The position numbers and the translations under genes were made by a program. A stretch of 64,000 bases of DNA from positions 43,772,001 through 43,836,000 of the forward strand of contig CM075983.1 in assembly GCA_038087875.1 (NCBI GenBank), read 5' to 3'. The number at the start of each line of letters is the position of its first letter. The first letter of the stretch is position 1. Source of the stretch: Malacoraja senta (Eukaryota). Shown here piece by piece: positions 12,359 through 24,220 of the stretch. The notes under the pieces were generated by a model. That model was not told the DNA's origin. It worked only from the letters and a program-made list of their open reading frames with translations, and made no database searches.

Positions 12359-13705
12359 CTATTCCATGGAGTGCAGGAGGCTGAGGGGTGATCTTAGACC
12401 ATAGAACATAGAATAGTACTGCGCAGGAACACGCCCTTCGGCCTACAATGTTTGTGCCAAACATGATGACTAGTTAAATGGATCTTCTCTGCCTGTGCAT
12501 GTTCCATATCCCTCTAATCCCTGCAATTCCATGTACCTATCCACATGGAACAAGCTGCCAGAGGAGGTAGCTGGGGCAGGTACTATAACAGCATTTAAAG
12601 GACATTTGGAAAGATAGTCATGGAGTCATACATCATGGAAATAGGCCTTTCGGACCAACTTGCCACACCAAGGGTACATAGCAACATGAGGTTTAGACGG
12701 TTATGGGCCAAATGCAGGTAAGTGGAACTAATGTAGATGGGGCATCTTGGTCGGTATGGACAAGCTGGGTCGAAGTGCCTGTACCCGTGCTGTATGACTA
12801 TATGATTCTATGGCTCTAATCACTTTAGCTTTGTTTAAAAACATCCTCAAGATGTTAATAAATGTCAGTACACATATACTTTCAAGTTAATGAAATCTGG
12901 AATTGGACCAGACTGATTTGAGAAAGATAATATGCGAGTCTTGTAGCTTTCTTTCAGATGTCATGTAGTTTTATTAGAAGAGTATGTGGTATGGTTCCAT
13001 GTCACAAACTACTTACTGTAGAATGCTTCCAAAGGCAGCGTACATAATGGTGTCTAACTAGGAAGGTTAACAAATCCAATTAATTATTGACGGCTTCAAT
13101 GGAACTGTAAAAACTGCTATTTAACACACAGCTCAGAGCAACTTGTGTTTCCTGAATTACATTGTCACTCATAGTTCTTTACTGAACTGCACTTAGGAAT
13201 CAAATATAATTACATGGAGGAGAATTCTGCTGAGCGATGCAGTGAGAGAGAGTTTGCATTTCCCTTCTCACTCTCAGGACCCCTCAAAATTATTTAAAGG
13301 CTGTAGTCTGGAAGTGTAGTAAATGGGCGGCACAGTGATGCAGTGGTAGAGCTGCTACCTTACAGCGCCAGAGACCTGTGTTTGATCCCAACCAAGGCTG
13401 CTGCCTTGTGCGGAGTTTGTCTGTTCTTTCCGTACTCTCTCTGTGCTCACAGAGCAGTTCACTTGATTGTATGTGGGGATTATGGGGCTGACCTAAAAAG
13501 AGATTGAGAAATCTTGCTGTAACATCTTTCTTCAAGCTCCTGTAAGATTCATCGAACCTCAGGTTTGTGTGTGGGATTGAAGTGTAAATGTCAATAAGCT
13601 GATTCTTTAGGGTGGGTAAGATAAAACTAGTGGCATAGTCTCAGCACAAGGGTTGGCTGTAAATAGCATGGATCCAGCAAAATTCCACAGAAGTTGCAAA
13701 GGTTC

Positions 13706-13963
13706 CACAGAGACCCCGGTTTGATCCTGATCTCAGGTGCTGTCAGTGCGGAGATTGCAGGTTCTCCTGTGACGGTGTAGGTTTTCTCCAGGTGCTCTGG
13801 TTTTCTCCCACATCATGGGCCTCTGTAAATTGCACCTTGTATGTGGGGAGTGGGAAAGTGGGATAACATAGAACTAGTGTATGGGTGATCGCTGGTCGGC
13901 ATGGACTCGGTGAGCCCAGGGGTCTGATTCCATGCTGTATCTCTAAACTAAACTAAACTAAAC
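13706..13963 (+). mobile_element. V-SINE, 5' truncated
   Basis: V-domain and (ctaaa)n tail. Confidence 0.8.
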
Positions 13964-14119
13964 TGGAAGCGATCAGACAGCCAATTGGTGCACAGCAAGC
14001 CCCCCCCCCCCCCCCCCCCCCACGAACACTGAAAAGAGAATGTACAGGTTACCTAACTTTTGTAATATTGGCAAAGTATTGAGGAGGACATTAGATATGT
14101 TACAAATGTATCTATGCTA

Positions 14120-14560
14120 TCAATTATGTGCAGTTCTGGTTACCCCATTACAGGAAGCATGTGTGGGCTTTGAAGAGGGTGCAGAAGAGGTTTACTAGAA
14201 TGCTGACTGGAATAGAAGATATTAGCTCAAAGGAGAGTTGGGACAAATGTGGATTGTTTTCTCTGGAACATTGGAGGTTGAGCAGATACCTGATGGAAGT
14301 ATATAAAATTATGAGAGGCATAGATGGGGTAGACAGTCAGAACCTTTTTTCCTAGGGAGGAAATGTCAATGATTAGAGGGCATAATGTTAAGGTGAGAGG
14401 GGCAAAGTTTGAAGGAGAGTGATGGGAGCCTGGAAGGAATTGCCACGGGTGGTGCTGGAGGTAGATACAATAGTGGTGTTTAAGAGACATTTGGACGGGC
14501 TCATAGTGGATGGGATCAATGGTGAATTAGTGCATTTGATGGTCAATGCAGACATGATGG
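14120..14560 (+). mobile_element. CR1 LINE fragment (ORF2 C-terminus)
   Basis: ORF 14128-14355 QFWLPHYRKHVWALKRVQKRFTRML...GLFSLE. Confidence 0.85.
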
Positions 14561-14589
14561 CTAATGTGGCCCCTGCACTAGATTCACAT

Positions 14590-14906
14590 ATTTAGTTTAG
14601 TTTAGTTTAGAGGTACAGCGCAGAAACAGGCCCTTCTGCCCACCAAGTCCGCACCAACCAGCGATCCCTGTACACTAGCACTATCCTACACACCAGGGAC
14701 AATTTATACTTTTAACCAAAGTCAATTAAGCCACAAACCTGTATGACTTTGGAATGTGGGATTAAACCGGAGCATCCGGAAAAAACACATGCAGGTCACA
14801 GGGTGAACGTACAAACTCCATACAGAGAGCACCCGTAATCAGGATCGAACCTTGGTATCTGGTGATGTAAGGTAGCAACTCTACTGCTGTGCCACTGTGC
14901 TGCCCT
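14590..14906 (-). mobile_element. HE1-like V-SINE
   Basis: Full reverse copy. Confidence 0.85.
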
Positions 14907-15789
14907 GTGCCTCCTTCCCTCTAAAGATCAGATGCTTGGGTAGATGGAGAAGATTCCCAGCACATGAGTACGTGCAAAACATTCCTCTCAACTTCTTTGT
15001 TTTCTTTTGTTACACAATCTAGTCATAAACTCTGACATTTTAGAAGACGACACAAAAGGAGAAAGGTAACCTAATAGCAACAACAAACCGCATCAACGTC
15101 AAGTGGAACCATTTCAAATATTACGTTTCGGCCTCTTAATACCTTTTGTCCAGCATTAATTTCAAATTCCTCCGGAAATTTTGGATAATCATTTTGTATT
15201 TTCATCTCCATTTGGTTTTTGTTACACAGTACTGCCACCCTGCAATTGTACCACGCTCTCTGTCGCCTTCCACCCTGACTTGTGACTTTCCCGTTTTCTT
15301 TGCCCCCATCCTCTCCTTTGTCTAGATAGAACAAAGAGCACAACAGTAGAGCACAAGAACAGGCCCTTCAGCCCACAATGACCACATCAGTTTTATGTTA
15401 TCCCACATATTTACATCCACTCCCTGCACGTTAGGGCCAATTAACCTACAAACCAGAAGGATACCCACGCGGTCGCAAAGGGAACGTGCAAACTCCACAC
15501 AGACAGTACCCAGTGTCAGGATCGAACCCAGGTCTCTGGCTTTGTGAGACAGCAGCTCTACCAGCTGGTCCAGAGTAGTTCAAGATCTGTGCCGCCCTTA
15601 ATAACAAGAAATTCCAAGACCTCTGGGTCTAGATGACTGAAGGTATGGACCTCAGTGAAGAAACAATACAAAATAGGATATCCAGGAAGACAGAATCAAC
15701 AGTCTTATAGAGCTGTGTGAGATTACAGGGAGAGGAAATGTGAGAGTAGAGGGTGATAGGATGCTGACCTTTATTCCAGTCCTGTAAAC

Positions 15790-15985
15790 TGGGAAAAGTT
15801 TCAGACCATCTACCATATCCATGTCTCTCATAACGTTTTATACTTCTTTCGTCTCCCCTCAACCTTCGGTGTTCTAAAGAAAACAATCCAAGTTTGTTCA
15901 ACCTCTCCTTGAAACCAATACCCCGCCAATTAATCAGCTCTCTGGTAAACCTCTTCTGCACCCACTCCAAAGTGTCCACATGTGG
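15790..15985 (-). mobile_element. CR1 LINE fragment
   Basis: TLEWVQKRFTR...ERLNKLGLFSLEHRRLRGD. Confidence 0.8.
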
Positions 15986-16299
15986 GTGACCACATGAGGG
16001 TGTAATGTAATTGGGTGTTCTTGTAATGAGAGGGAAATATAGATCAGCCATGATTGAATTTAGACACAAAGTGGTGGAGTTACTCAGCAGGTCAGGCAGC
16101 ATCTCTGGAGAAAAAGCATGGGTGGCGATTCTGCTCAGGATCCTTTTTCAGACTGATGTTTATCTTCGGTATAAACCAGCATGTGCTGTTCCTTTCTACA
16201 CAACCATGATCGAATGGGGGAGTAGTCTTGATGGGCCAAATAGCCCAATTTTGCTCTTAAGTCATGGTCTTATGGGGTTCTGGTAGAGAGGATGGCCAA

Positions 16300-16830
16300 T
16301 CAATGGTTCAATGGTTTAATGTTTTTCTATTACAACGTGTACCGAGGCACAGTGGAATTCTTTTTTTGCTGACTGATCAGTAAGATTATTGCCATACATA
16401 AGTACAATCCCTGATTAAATACAGAATGTATAGAAACAGCCCACTGAGTTTATGTGCAAGAGTCGCCAGGTTTTAGCGCCATTTCCAAAGTCCCAGTGCA
16501 GCTGGCCATAAAGGCCCATTGCAGCCGTCATCACTGTCCGGATCGTCCTGCGCACCATCGTCCGTCCCTCGCCTCGCCTCTCCCGGCCACCTGCAGCCTT
16601 CGTGGGCTGGGGGGCACCTCCCGCAGCTGACTTTGAGGGCACGGATGGTAAGACCCCTGCTCTGTCTTACAGGCCCTATGTTCTGGTGTCCACCGCCATC
16701 GCTGACTCCCTCCACCCTCCTCCCTGGTTCTCGGTCTTCGGGGGTGATCAGGAGCCGGGCTCGGTGGCTCCCTCTACAGGTGAGCTCATTTACCAGGCGT
16801 CCTGGCGGGGTATGGCCACAGCACATCGGG
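16300..16830 (-). mobile_element. Unclassified GC-rich interspersed repeat with Rex1-type tail, copy 1
   Basis: Aligns in reverse to 34700-35100 and 42695-42782; ends in (attgaacc)n. Confidence 0.7.
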
Positions 16831-17332
16831 AGTTTCTACCACGCAAAACCCTTCAGGAGCACTTAACCCAATTGGTTCCTGTTAGTTAAAGTCATTGGGG
16901 AAGTGGGTAGGGATGCAAGGGTTAATTTTTCCAAACATAAATTTATTCTGGTTATTGGAGATTTTCCAATAAAAGTAACTTTCAGCTTTGCTCCAGTTTA
17001 CAAGGTGATGGATTACTCCCCAGCGACATGTGCAAGAACATCTCAGTTTACCCTCCCAGTACTAGTCTGAGGAGATATCACTATGTCAGGACCCTTCTTC
17101 TGATGCACAGCAATGTCGCAGCGATTCAAAAGCTGAAGAGGGTGGATAGATGGGGACTGTTCCCCTCCTGGAGTGTTGGAGGCAGAGGAATGATCTTTAC
17201 AGAGGTGTATAAAATCCCAAGGGTGTAGATAAGGTAACAGTCTTTTTTGAAGGGTAGAGGGGGTCTAAAACTAGAGGGGACAGGTTTAGAGTGAGAGGGG
17301 ATTATTAGGAACTTTTTCACACACGTTTAAAA

Positions 17333-17648
17333 GGGCGGCACAGTGACGCAGCGGTAAAGTTGCGACCTTACAGCGCTAGAGCCAGGGGTTCAATCCTGAG
17401 GACGGGTGCTGTCTATAGGGAGTGCGTATGATCTCTCCGTGACCACGTGGGTTTTCCCTGGGTTCTCCAGTTTCCTGCCACACTCCAAAGACATACAGGT
17501 TTGTAGGTTAATTGGCTTCAGTAAAGATTGTCCAGTGTCCCTTGTGTGTGTCGGATAGTGTTAGTGTGCAGTGATTGCTGGTCGGCGTGGACTCGGTGGG
17601 CCGAAGGGCCTGTTTCTGTGCTGTACCTCTAAAGTCTAAAGTAAATTA
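17333..17648 (+). mobile_element. HE1-like V-SINE
   Basis: Full copy with A and B boxes. Confidence 0.9.
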
Positions 17649-18074
17649 AAATATGCGAGACCCTTCCTTTAGAAACCGATTGCCTCTTGTTTAGACCTGT
17701 AAGATCCCATATCAGTTTTTAAAATATGAACTGGGATAATCCCCATTGTCCTGAGTTTCATTTGTCTTTCAAACAGACAGGTTTAAAACAGATGGCCTTG
17801 CCATTTCTCTCTTTACAATTTGTGGGATTCTGCTGTGCACATGATAGTTTATGTGGTTCTTGCTTTGCAGGAGTGACACTACTTCAAAAGAATTGTATTG
17901 GCTTTGCAATGTTTCAAGATTTTGAATGGACCCTCATCAATCACTGTAACGTCGTATGACCAAGATTCGAGTGGTAAAGAAGGCGTATTGTGCAGTTCAT
18001 CGGTCTGGGCATTGAGTGTAAGAGTCAAGACGTTAAGTTGCAGCATTACTTATAAAATTGATCTTGGATGTGGA

Positions 18075-18158
18075 TGTATTTGTGTGTGTATTTGTGTGTA
18101 TTTGTGTGTGTATTTGTGTGTGTATTTGTGTGTGTATTTGTGTGTGTATTTGTGTGTT
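18075..18158. repeat. 12-bp tandem repeat (TGTATTTGTGTG)n
   Basis: About 7 units seen. Confidence 0.9.
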
Positions 18159-18724
18159 TTTCTGTGATTCACATCTCCTCGAAAACATGAGGCGCTAACG
18201 GTGATTTTTTTACATATTCCGATAGAGATTTACCTCATGATCTCAAAAATCGCCTCATCTGAAAATTTGATTCATTATTTCTTGAGTGAGTTATTTATTA
18301 AAATTGTTCACAAATCTAAGATGTTTTTTAAAGCTAAAGAGCTGATGACGTCACAATGGCTCTGCTCCTCGCGGCCAGCAGCGCACAGTTTTCAAAACGC
18401 AGCCTGCTGGGCACTGTTTCTGCACAAGCTGCGAGTTACGTTAACACCTCCCCCCGAACTCGCACTCGGACGGCTGTCTTCCCCCCCCCCCCCCGCAGCC
18501 CAGCCGCCCCCCCCCCCCGGGCTCTGGATTGAAGCCGCTGACGAGTTACGTTAACCCCCCCCACCCCTCCGACTCGCAGTCATTTTGTCGACTCCTGATC
18601 GCAGTCGACTCGCACTCAGCCGGCCGTCCGCTCTGCCCCACTCCACCCCACCCGCAGCCCAACCCCCCTCCCACCCGCCAGGGGTCTGGATAGAAGCCGC
18701 TGAACACATTGTAATTTGGTAGGG

Positions 18725-18865
18725 NNNNNNNNNNNNNNNNNNNNNNNNNNNNNNNNNNNNNNNNNNNNNNNNNNNNNNNNNNNNNNNNNNNNNNNNNNNN
18801 NNNNNNNNNNNNNNNNNNNNNNNNNNNNNNNNNNNNNNNNNNNNNNNNNNNNNNNNNNNNNNNNN
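18725..18865. other. Assembly gap (141 N)
   Basis: N run. Confidence 1.
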
Positions 18866-19613
18866 CTCCTCCCTCTCTCCCCCTTCCCCCCTCTCCTCCC
18901 CCTCTCCTCCCCCCTCTCCTCCCCCTCTCCTCCCCCTCTCCCCCCTCTCCACCCCACCTCTCCACCCCCCCTCTCCACCCCCTCTCCCCCCTCCCTCCAC
19001 CACCCTCTCTCCCCCCCTCTCCCGCTCTCCCTCTTTCTCTGCCCCACTCTCTCTGCCCCTCTCTCTCTGTCTCTGCCCCTCTGTCTCTGCCCCCTCTCTC
19101 TCTGCCCTCTCTCTCTGTCCCCCCCCTCTCCCTCTCTAGACGTGCCCGCGAGGAGGGGGCTATGCGTCAGTGGATAGGGTGGGGATGGGGTAAAAGGAGC
19201 CAATGAATAATATTAATATAATATAAAGGGGGGTGGTTTGTGTGTGGAGGGTGGTTAGTGTGTGTGTGACGCCGCAGGCCACCCCCCTGCCCCCCCACAA
19301 CCGCGCATTGAGGGGACGGGACCTAACGGGTCCCCTTTTGTCTAGTAAGACATAAAGTGCTGGAGTAACTGTGGATCAAGCAGCATCTCTGGAGGATATG
19401 ATTAGGTGACGTTTTGGGCTGGGACCCTTCTTCATCTCTCTTTTCCTCCAGAGACACTGCCTGATCTACTGACTTACTCCAGCACTTTGAGTTCTATGTA
19501 GGATTGCAGCATCTGCAGGATCTTCTGTCTGCAGCTAGGACATTTATAGGATAATGGTTGGATTGCATTTGGAGTATTGCATACAGTTCTGATCGCCCCA
19601 TTACAGGAAGGCT

Positions 19614-19770
19614 GTGACGTTTCGGGTCGAAACCCTTCTACAGTCTGAAAAAGGATCTTGACCCGAAACGTCACCCATTCCTTCTCTCCAGAGGTGCTGC
19701 CTGCCCGGTGAGTTACTCCAGCTTTTTGTGTCTATCTTTGGTTTAAACCAGCATCTGCAGTTCCTTCTAC
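19614..19770. mobile_element. Penelope-derived terminal repeat with back-to-back hammerhead-like cores
   Basis: gtgacgtttcgggtc...tacag-tctgaaaaaggatcttgacccgaaacgtcac followed by the terminal sequence. Confidence 0.75.
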
Positions 19771-21034
19771 ACTCTATATTAATAAAGGCCAGTGATCCAT
19801 CTCAGTCATTTTGTTTATAAATCTTGCCTCTAAAAAGCTTATGGATCTTGACATTGCTCATGAAGTGATGCATGTCTGCAAGGGTTAAGATGATTGACTG
19901 GACAAGGGCAAAGGGCAGGAAATGGCTCCTCAATCAGTAGCTACTGTCTGATTGTAACACTTGTACAAGACTTTCAACCAGGGTATCTTGGTGACAAAAG
20001 GACACAAAATGCTGGCGCATCTCAACGGGTCAGGCAGCATCTCTGGAGAACATGGAAAGGTAATGTTCAGGTTGGGACCATCAGGCAACTGAACCATCTT
20101 ATCACCAACTAGAGAGTGGTCTTGACCTACCATCTACCTCATTGGAAACCCTTGGACTAACTTGTATTGCACTTTACTGAACTTTGTCTTGCACTAAACA
20201 TTTTTTTCTCTTATCCTGTATTTGTGTACTGTGAACAGCTTGATTGTAATCATGTATTGTCTTTCTGCTGACTAGATAACACGCAACATTAACATAGGAG
20301 ACTAAACTAAACATTCCAAGTTCTCCAGAGGTGCTGCCTGACTCGCTGACTTACTCAGCACTTTGAGTCCTTTTGTGTAAGCCAGTATCTAAAGTTCCTT
20401 GTTTCCATACTATGCCTTTGTGACAATTATGGTTCATAATGGATCTCGATTAAATGAAACATCCACAAATTCAGAGAGAGAGAGAGAGAGAGGGTTTTGA
20501 TCTTTAAAGTTCAGACTCACCTATTACAATCAGTTGTGTGATTTTTATTAGTGGCTGGATAGTTGTTACTGAACCCATACAGATAAATTGAATCAATTAA
20601 AGCTGTGTAATTTGACCATATTTATGTTTGGAAGTGACTGCCTCATGCAAAGTCTAATTAAGCCTGCTCTCATAAACCCCCCATATGACTGGAGACTTTT
20701 TCATGTGGCCTCAAGCATTCCAGGAGAGAGTCTGTCAAAGTGTGTCCTGGAGGCAGAGATGGATTCGGTTACTTGGGCCCCTTGCTTCATCAGACTGAGG
20801 AAAGACTTTCTTTTTTGCTCAAGCTATATGTTGACATGAAACGTCAACATATGTGCAAGCTGCGCTTTGCTTCTCGGATTCAAATTCAACCCGATTTTCA
20901 CTAAAATGCACAACGTCAAGTGTGCATATTGTTGCAAGTGAAAGAGAGACCTTTTGCTTTTCTTTATGTTTCAATCGCTTTTGTTACAGAATCAGACTTG
21001 CTGGTCATTCCATAATTTTCCCTCTCCCAGTTTG

Positions 21035-21592
21035 GAAGAAGATGCAGAAGCTTGAAAGCACAAACCACCAGACTCAGGAACAGCTTCTTCCCCTCTGTTA
21101 TCAGGCTTCTGAACAGTCCTTCCATAAACTAGAGGACTGTCCGATTCACCTTCACCCCATTGTGGACATTGAACCTTGTCTTTGGAACTGATGTGCAACA
21201 TTGCTGAAAACTATATTCTACATTCTCTGTATCTTCCCCTTTGCTTTATTTGGCCTTTAAGACCATGATAAGACTGTACACTTAAGAACTTTGAAACTTT
21301 TTTGATGCCAGAAACGTGGTGACTCTTTGTGTTCTGTCGTGAAGTCTACTATTAAACTACAACTGTTGCACTTTTGTACTTATCTATGACTGTGTTTATC
21401 TACAGAATGATTTTACTGGTTTGCATACAAAACAAATAATTTCACTGTACCCATGCCAATAAAGTATAATTGAGAATTGAGTTTGACTTGATGGTATCGA
21501 TGCATGGTATATCTGATCTATTTGGATAGCATGCAAAACAATTTTTTTTTGTGCCTCGGTACATGTGGCAATAATAAACCTAAACCTAAACC
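21035..21592 (+). mobile_element. Rex1/Babar LINE 3' fragments
   Basis: agaagcttgaaagcacaaaccaccagactcaggaacagcttcttcccc (Rex1 C-terminal motif SLKA.TTRLRNSFFP); (aaacct)n tail. Confidence 0.7.
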
Positions 21593-22408
21593 TACAGGCC
21601 CTACCATAAGTCAACTATTCTCAGTCAGGTCCAGTCACTTGCTGTCAATGATGATTTGGAGAGGCAGAGAGTTGCTGCCTTACAGCGCCAGAGACCCAAG
21701 TTCAATCCTGACTACTGGTGATGTCTGTACAGAGTTTGCACGTTCCCCCTGTGTGCACAGGGGTTTCCTCCAGGTTCACACCAGTTCTATGTTATCCCAC
21801 TTTTGCATCACTACACACTTAATATGCCAGGACTTGTGGTAATTGTAATATGACTTTATTAGTCATATTCAAATCCTTAAAAGCCACCATATCATTTACC
21901 TCCCCACTTGGTTCAGGCTGCTCTATATTACATCTACAATATCCATATGAAACCACTCAAATCCTCTGAACACAAAAAGCCTTTCAATTTTGCACCGTTT
22001 AGAAAATATTTTCTTTATGTACGGGGGTTAATAATAAATCAAATAGGGAATGTAGGAAAGGGTGGTTACGATGTGAAACCTGCTCCAGGTGAGTTGTTCG
22101 GGCAAATGTTTTATTTGGATTCAAGGAGAAAGAAGCAAAAGTTATTCAGGTAAATTAGGTGAAAACACATGGTTCCGGTCTTGAGGGTTTGAAGGATCTC
22201 CTTTTTGTCCACCCACATGAAACAGCTTTAGATTTATTATTGTCATGTGTTCTGAGTTACAGTGAAAACCTTTTGTGTGCATGCTGCCAGTCAAATCAGA
22301 CAATACGTGTCGGAAGGAACTGCAGATGCTGGTTTACACCAAAGATAGACACAAAGTGCTGGAGCAACTCAGCGGGTCAGGCAGCATCTCTGGAGAACAT
22401 GGATATGT

Positions 22409-22435
22409 GACGTTTCGAGTCAGACCCGTCTTCAG
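22409..22435 (-). ncRNA. Minimal hammerhead ribozyme-like core (Penelope-derived)
   Basis: Minus strand CTGAAGA-C-GGGTC-T-GACTC-GAAA-CG-TC. Confidence 0.5.
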
Positions 22436-22749
22436 ACAAAGTTGAGGTGGAGTAATGGAGGGGGGTGTTGGGGGGGACTACTTCTTTTCCCCCAAGATGC
22501 TACCTGATCTGCTGATTTTATGTTTTTTCAGATAATACAATAGGTAAATGAAAGAAGCCAAGCACAAGTATAATCGGTAGACCGAAGGGAAAGATACAGA
22601 ATGCAGAATATAGTTCTCAGCAGTGTAGCACATCAGTTTTAGAGACAAAGTCCAATGAATGCAAATAAGGTGGAGAAGTATTGGACAGTATCCTGGTTTA
22701 TGGAAGGACCTTTCAGTAGCCTGATGGCAGAGGGGAAGATAAAGGAAGA

Positions 22750-23332
22750 ACAGTGGTGGTGCGGTAGATCTGCTGCCGCACAGCGCCAGAGACATGGTTT
22801 CAATCCTGACTACGGGTGCTGTCTGTATGGAGTTTGCACGTTCTCCCTGTGATCGAGGAGGTTTTCTCCGGGTGTTCCAGTTTCCTCCAGTTTCCTGCAT
22901 CCAAAGGCGTGCAGGTTTGTATTTTAGTTTAGAGAAACAATGCGGAAGCAGGCTCTTTGGCCCACCGATCCCGACCAACGATCCCCATACACTAGCACTA
23001 TCCTGCACACACTAGGGACAGTTTACAATTTTTACCACGGCCAATTAACCTATAAAACTGTACGTCTTTGAAGTGTGGGAGGAAACCAGAACACCAGGAG
23101 AACACCCACCCGGTTACAGGGAGCACGTACATACTCCGTACAAACAGCATCCATAGCCAGGATCGAACCTGCGCAACTGTACTTGTTAATTGGCGTCTGT
23201 AAATTGCTGCTAGTGTGCGGAGAGTGGGTGCAAAACTGGGATAACAAAGAACTAATGTGAACGGTGACCGATGGTCGGGGCGGACTCGGTCGGCTGAATG
23301 CCCTGTTTGCGCATTATATCTCTAAACTAAGC
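22750..23332. mobile_element. Plus-strand SINE split by a minus-strand SINE (about 22922-23180)
   Basis: Plus copy breaks at gcaggtttgt and resumes at gttaattggc. Confidence 0.75.
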
Positions 23333-23999
23333 TCATCGGAACCAAATATGTCCAGTTATCATTTATAAGTTCATAAGTGATACGAGCAGAATTAGGACAT
23401 TCGGCCCATCAAGTCGTCCAATCATGGCTGATCCATCTTTCCCTCCTAACCCCATTTTCCTGCCTACTCCCCATAACCTCATGATAGAGTGTTGTGGCTA
23501 GGACAATAACAACACTAACATGACATTTGGAGAGATACATGATTTGGAAAGGTTTGGAGGGATATGGGTCAAAGGTGGGCAGATGGGACTAACTTAGATA
23601 GGTATCAAGGTTGGCATGGATGGGTTGGGCGAAAGGGCCTCTTTCATAGCCTATGACTCTCATTCGTTTGATATTTAGATACTGACTTGCTACATGAAGA
23701 TGACATGATGTATTTTAGTCGGTACTTGAGTTGTTCTCAGGAAGTCATTGGATCTTTTTTTTTATAGATCCCTATTTCCTGTTCCAGCTGCTCACATATA
23801 ATTACTTACACACTTAGTTTTCCGCCTTGTATTTTTATCTGACAAAATGACTCAGACTGAAAAAGAAAATAGAATCAATGCATACCTTACAGTAACCTTG
23901 AGAAACCAACTACAGATCATTTCTAGTTTTAAGATCAAACACAAAAGTAGTATCCAAGTGTCTTCATTATAATGGAATCGCCGATATCAAGGAAGTTAT

Positions 24000-24220
24000 T
24001 GTGGCGGGGACTGGCAGGAGTCCAGCCAAAAACTAGTCAGACACAAGTGTGTGCTCTAGATGTGTTTATTCTTCTGCATACAGCTCCCTACTCCTCAGTT
24101 GCCCGGCCTTAAATAACAACTCAGATAACGACCCCGTGACTCGCGCCTCCGCCACCAAGACGGCGCCCTCTAGAGCCGATGGTTCGTCGTGACCTTGGGT
24201 TGCTATCAGGTGCCGCCACA
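24000..24220 (-). mobile_element. Solo LTR (probably Gypsy type)
   Basis: TGTGGCGG...CCGCCACA termini; 4-bp TSD TTAT (23996-23999, 24221-24224); TATTTAA then AATAAA on the minus strand. Confidence 0.8.

Larger units (their letters stand above)
18046..19345 (+). mobile_element. Non-autonomous Helitron-like element (5' end uncertain, contains an N gap)
   Basis: 3' hairpin GGGACC-taacg-GGTCCC (19318-19334), then CTAG (19342-19345) and T; internal (tgtatttgtgtg)n and CT-rich repeats. Confidence 0.65.

Noticed and set aside
17333-17405. SINE heads as tRNA genes
   Set aside because: They continue into the V-domain and LINE tail and lack a proper cloverleaf and terminator
18546-19203. Gly/Arg/Pro-rich long ORFs
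   Set aside because: Low-complexity CT repeats spanning an N gap
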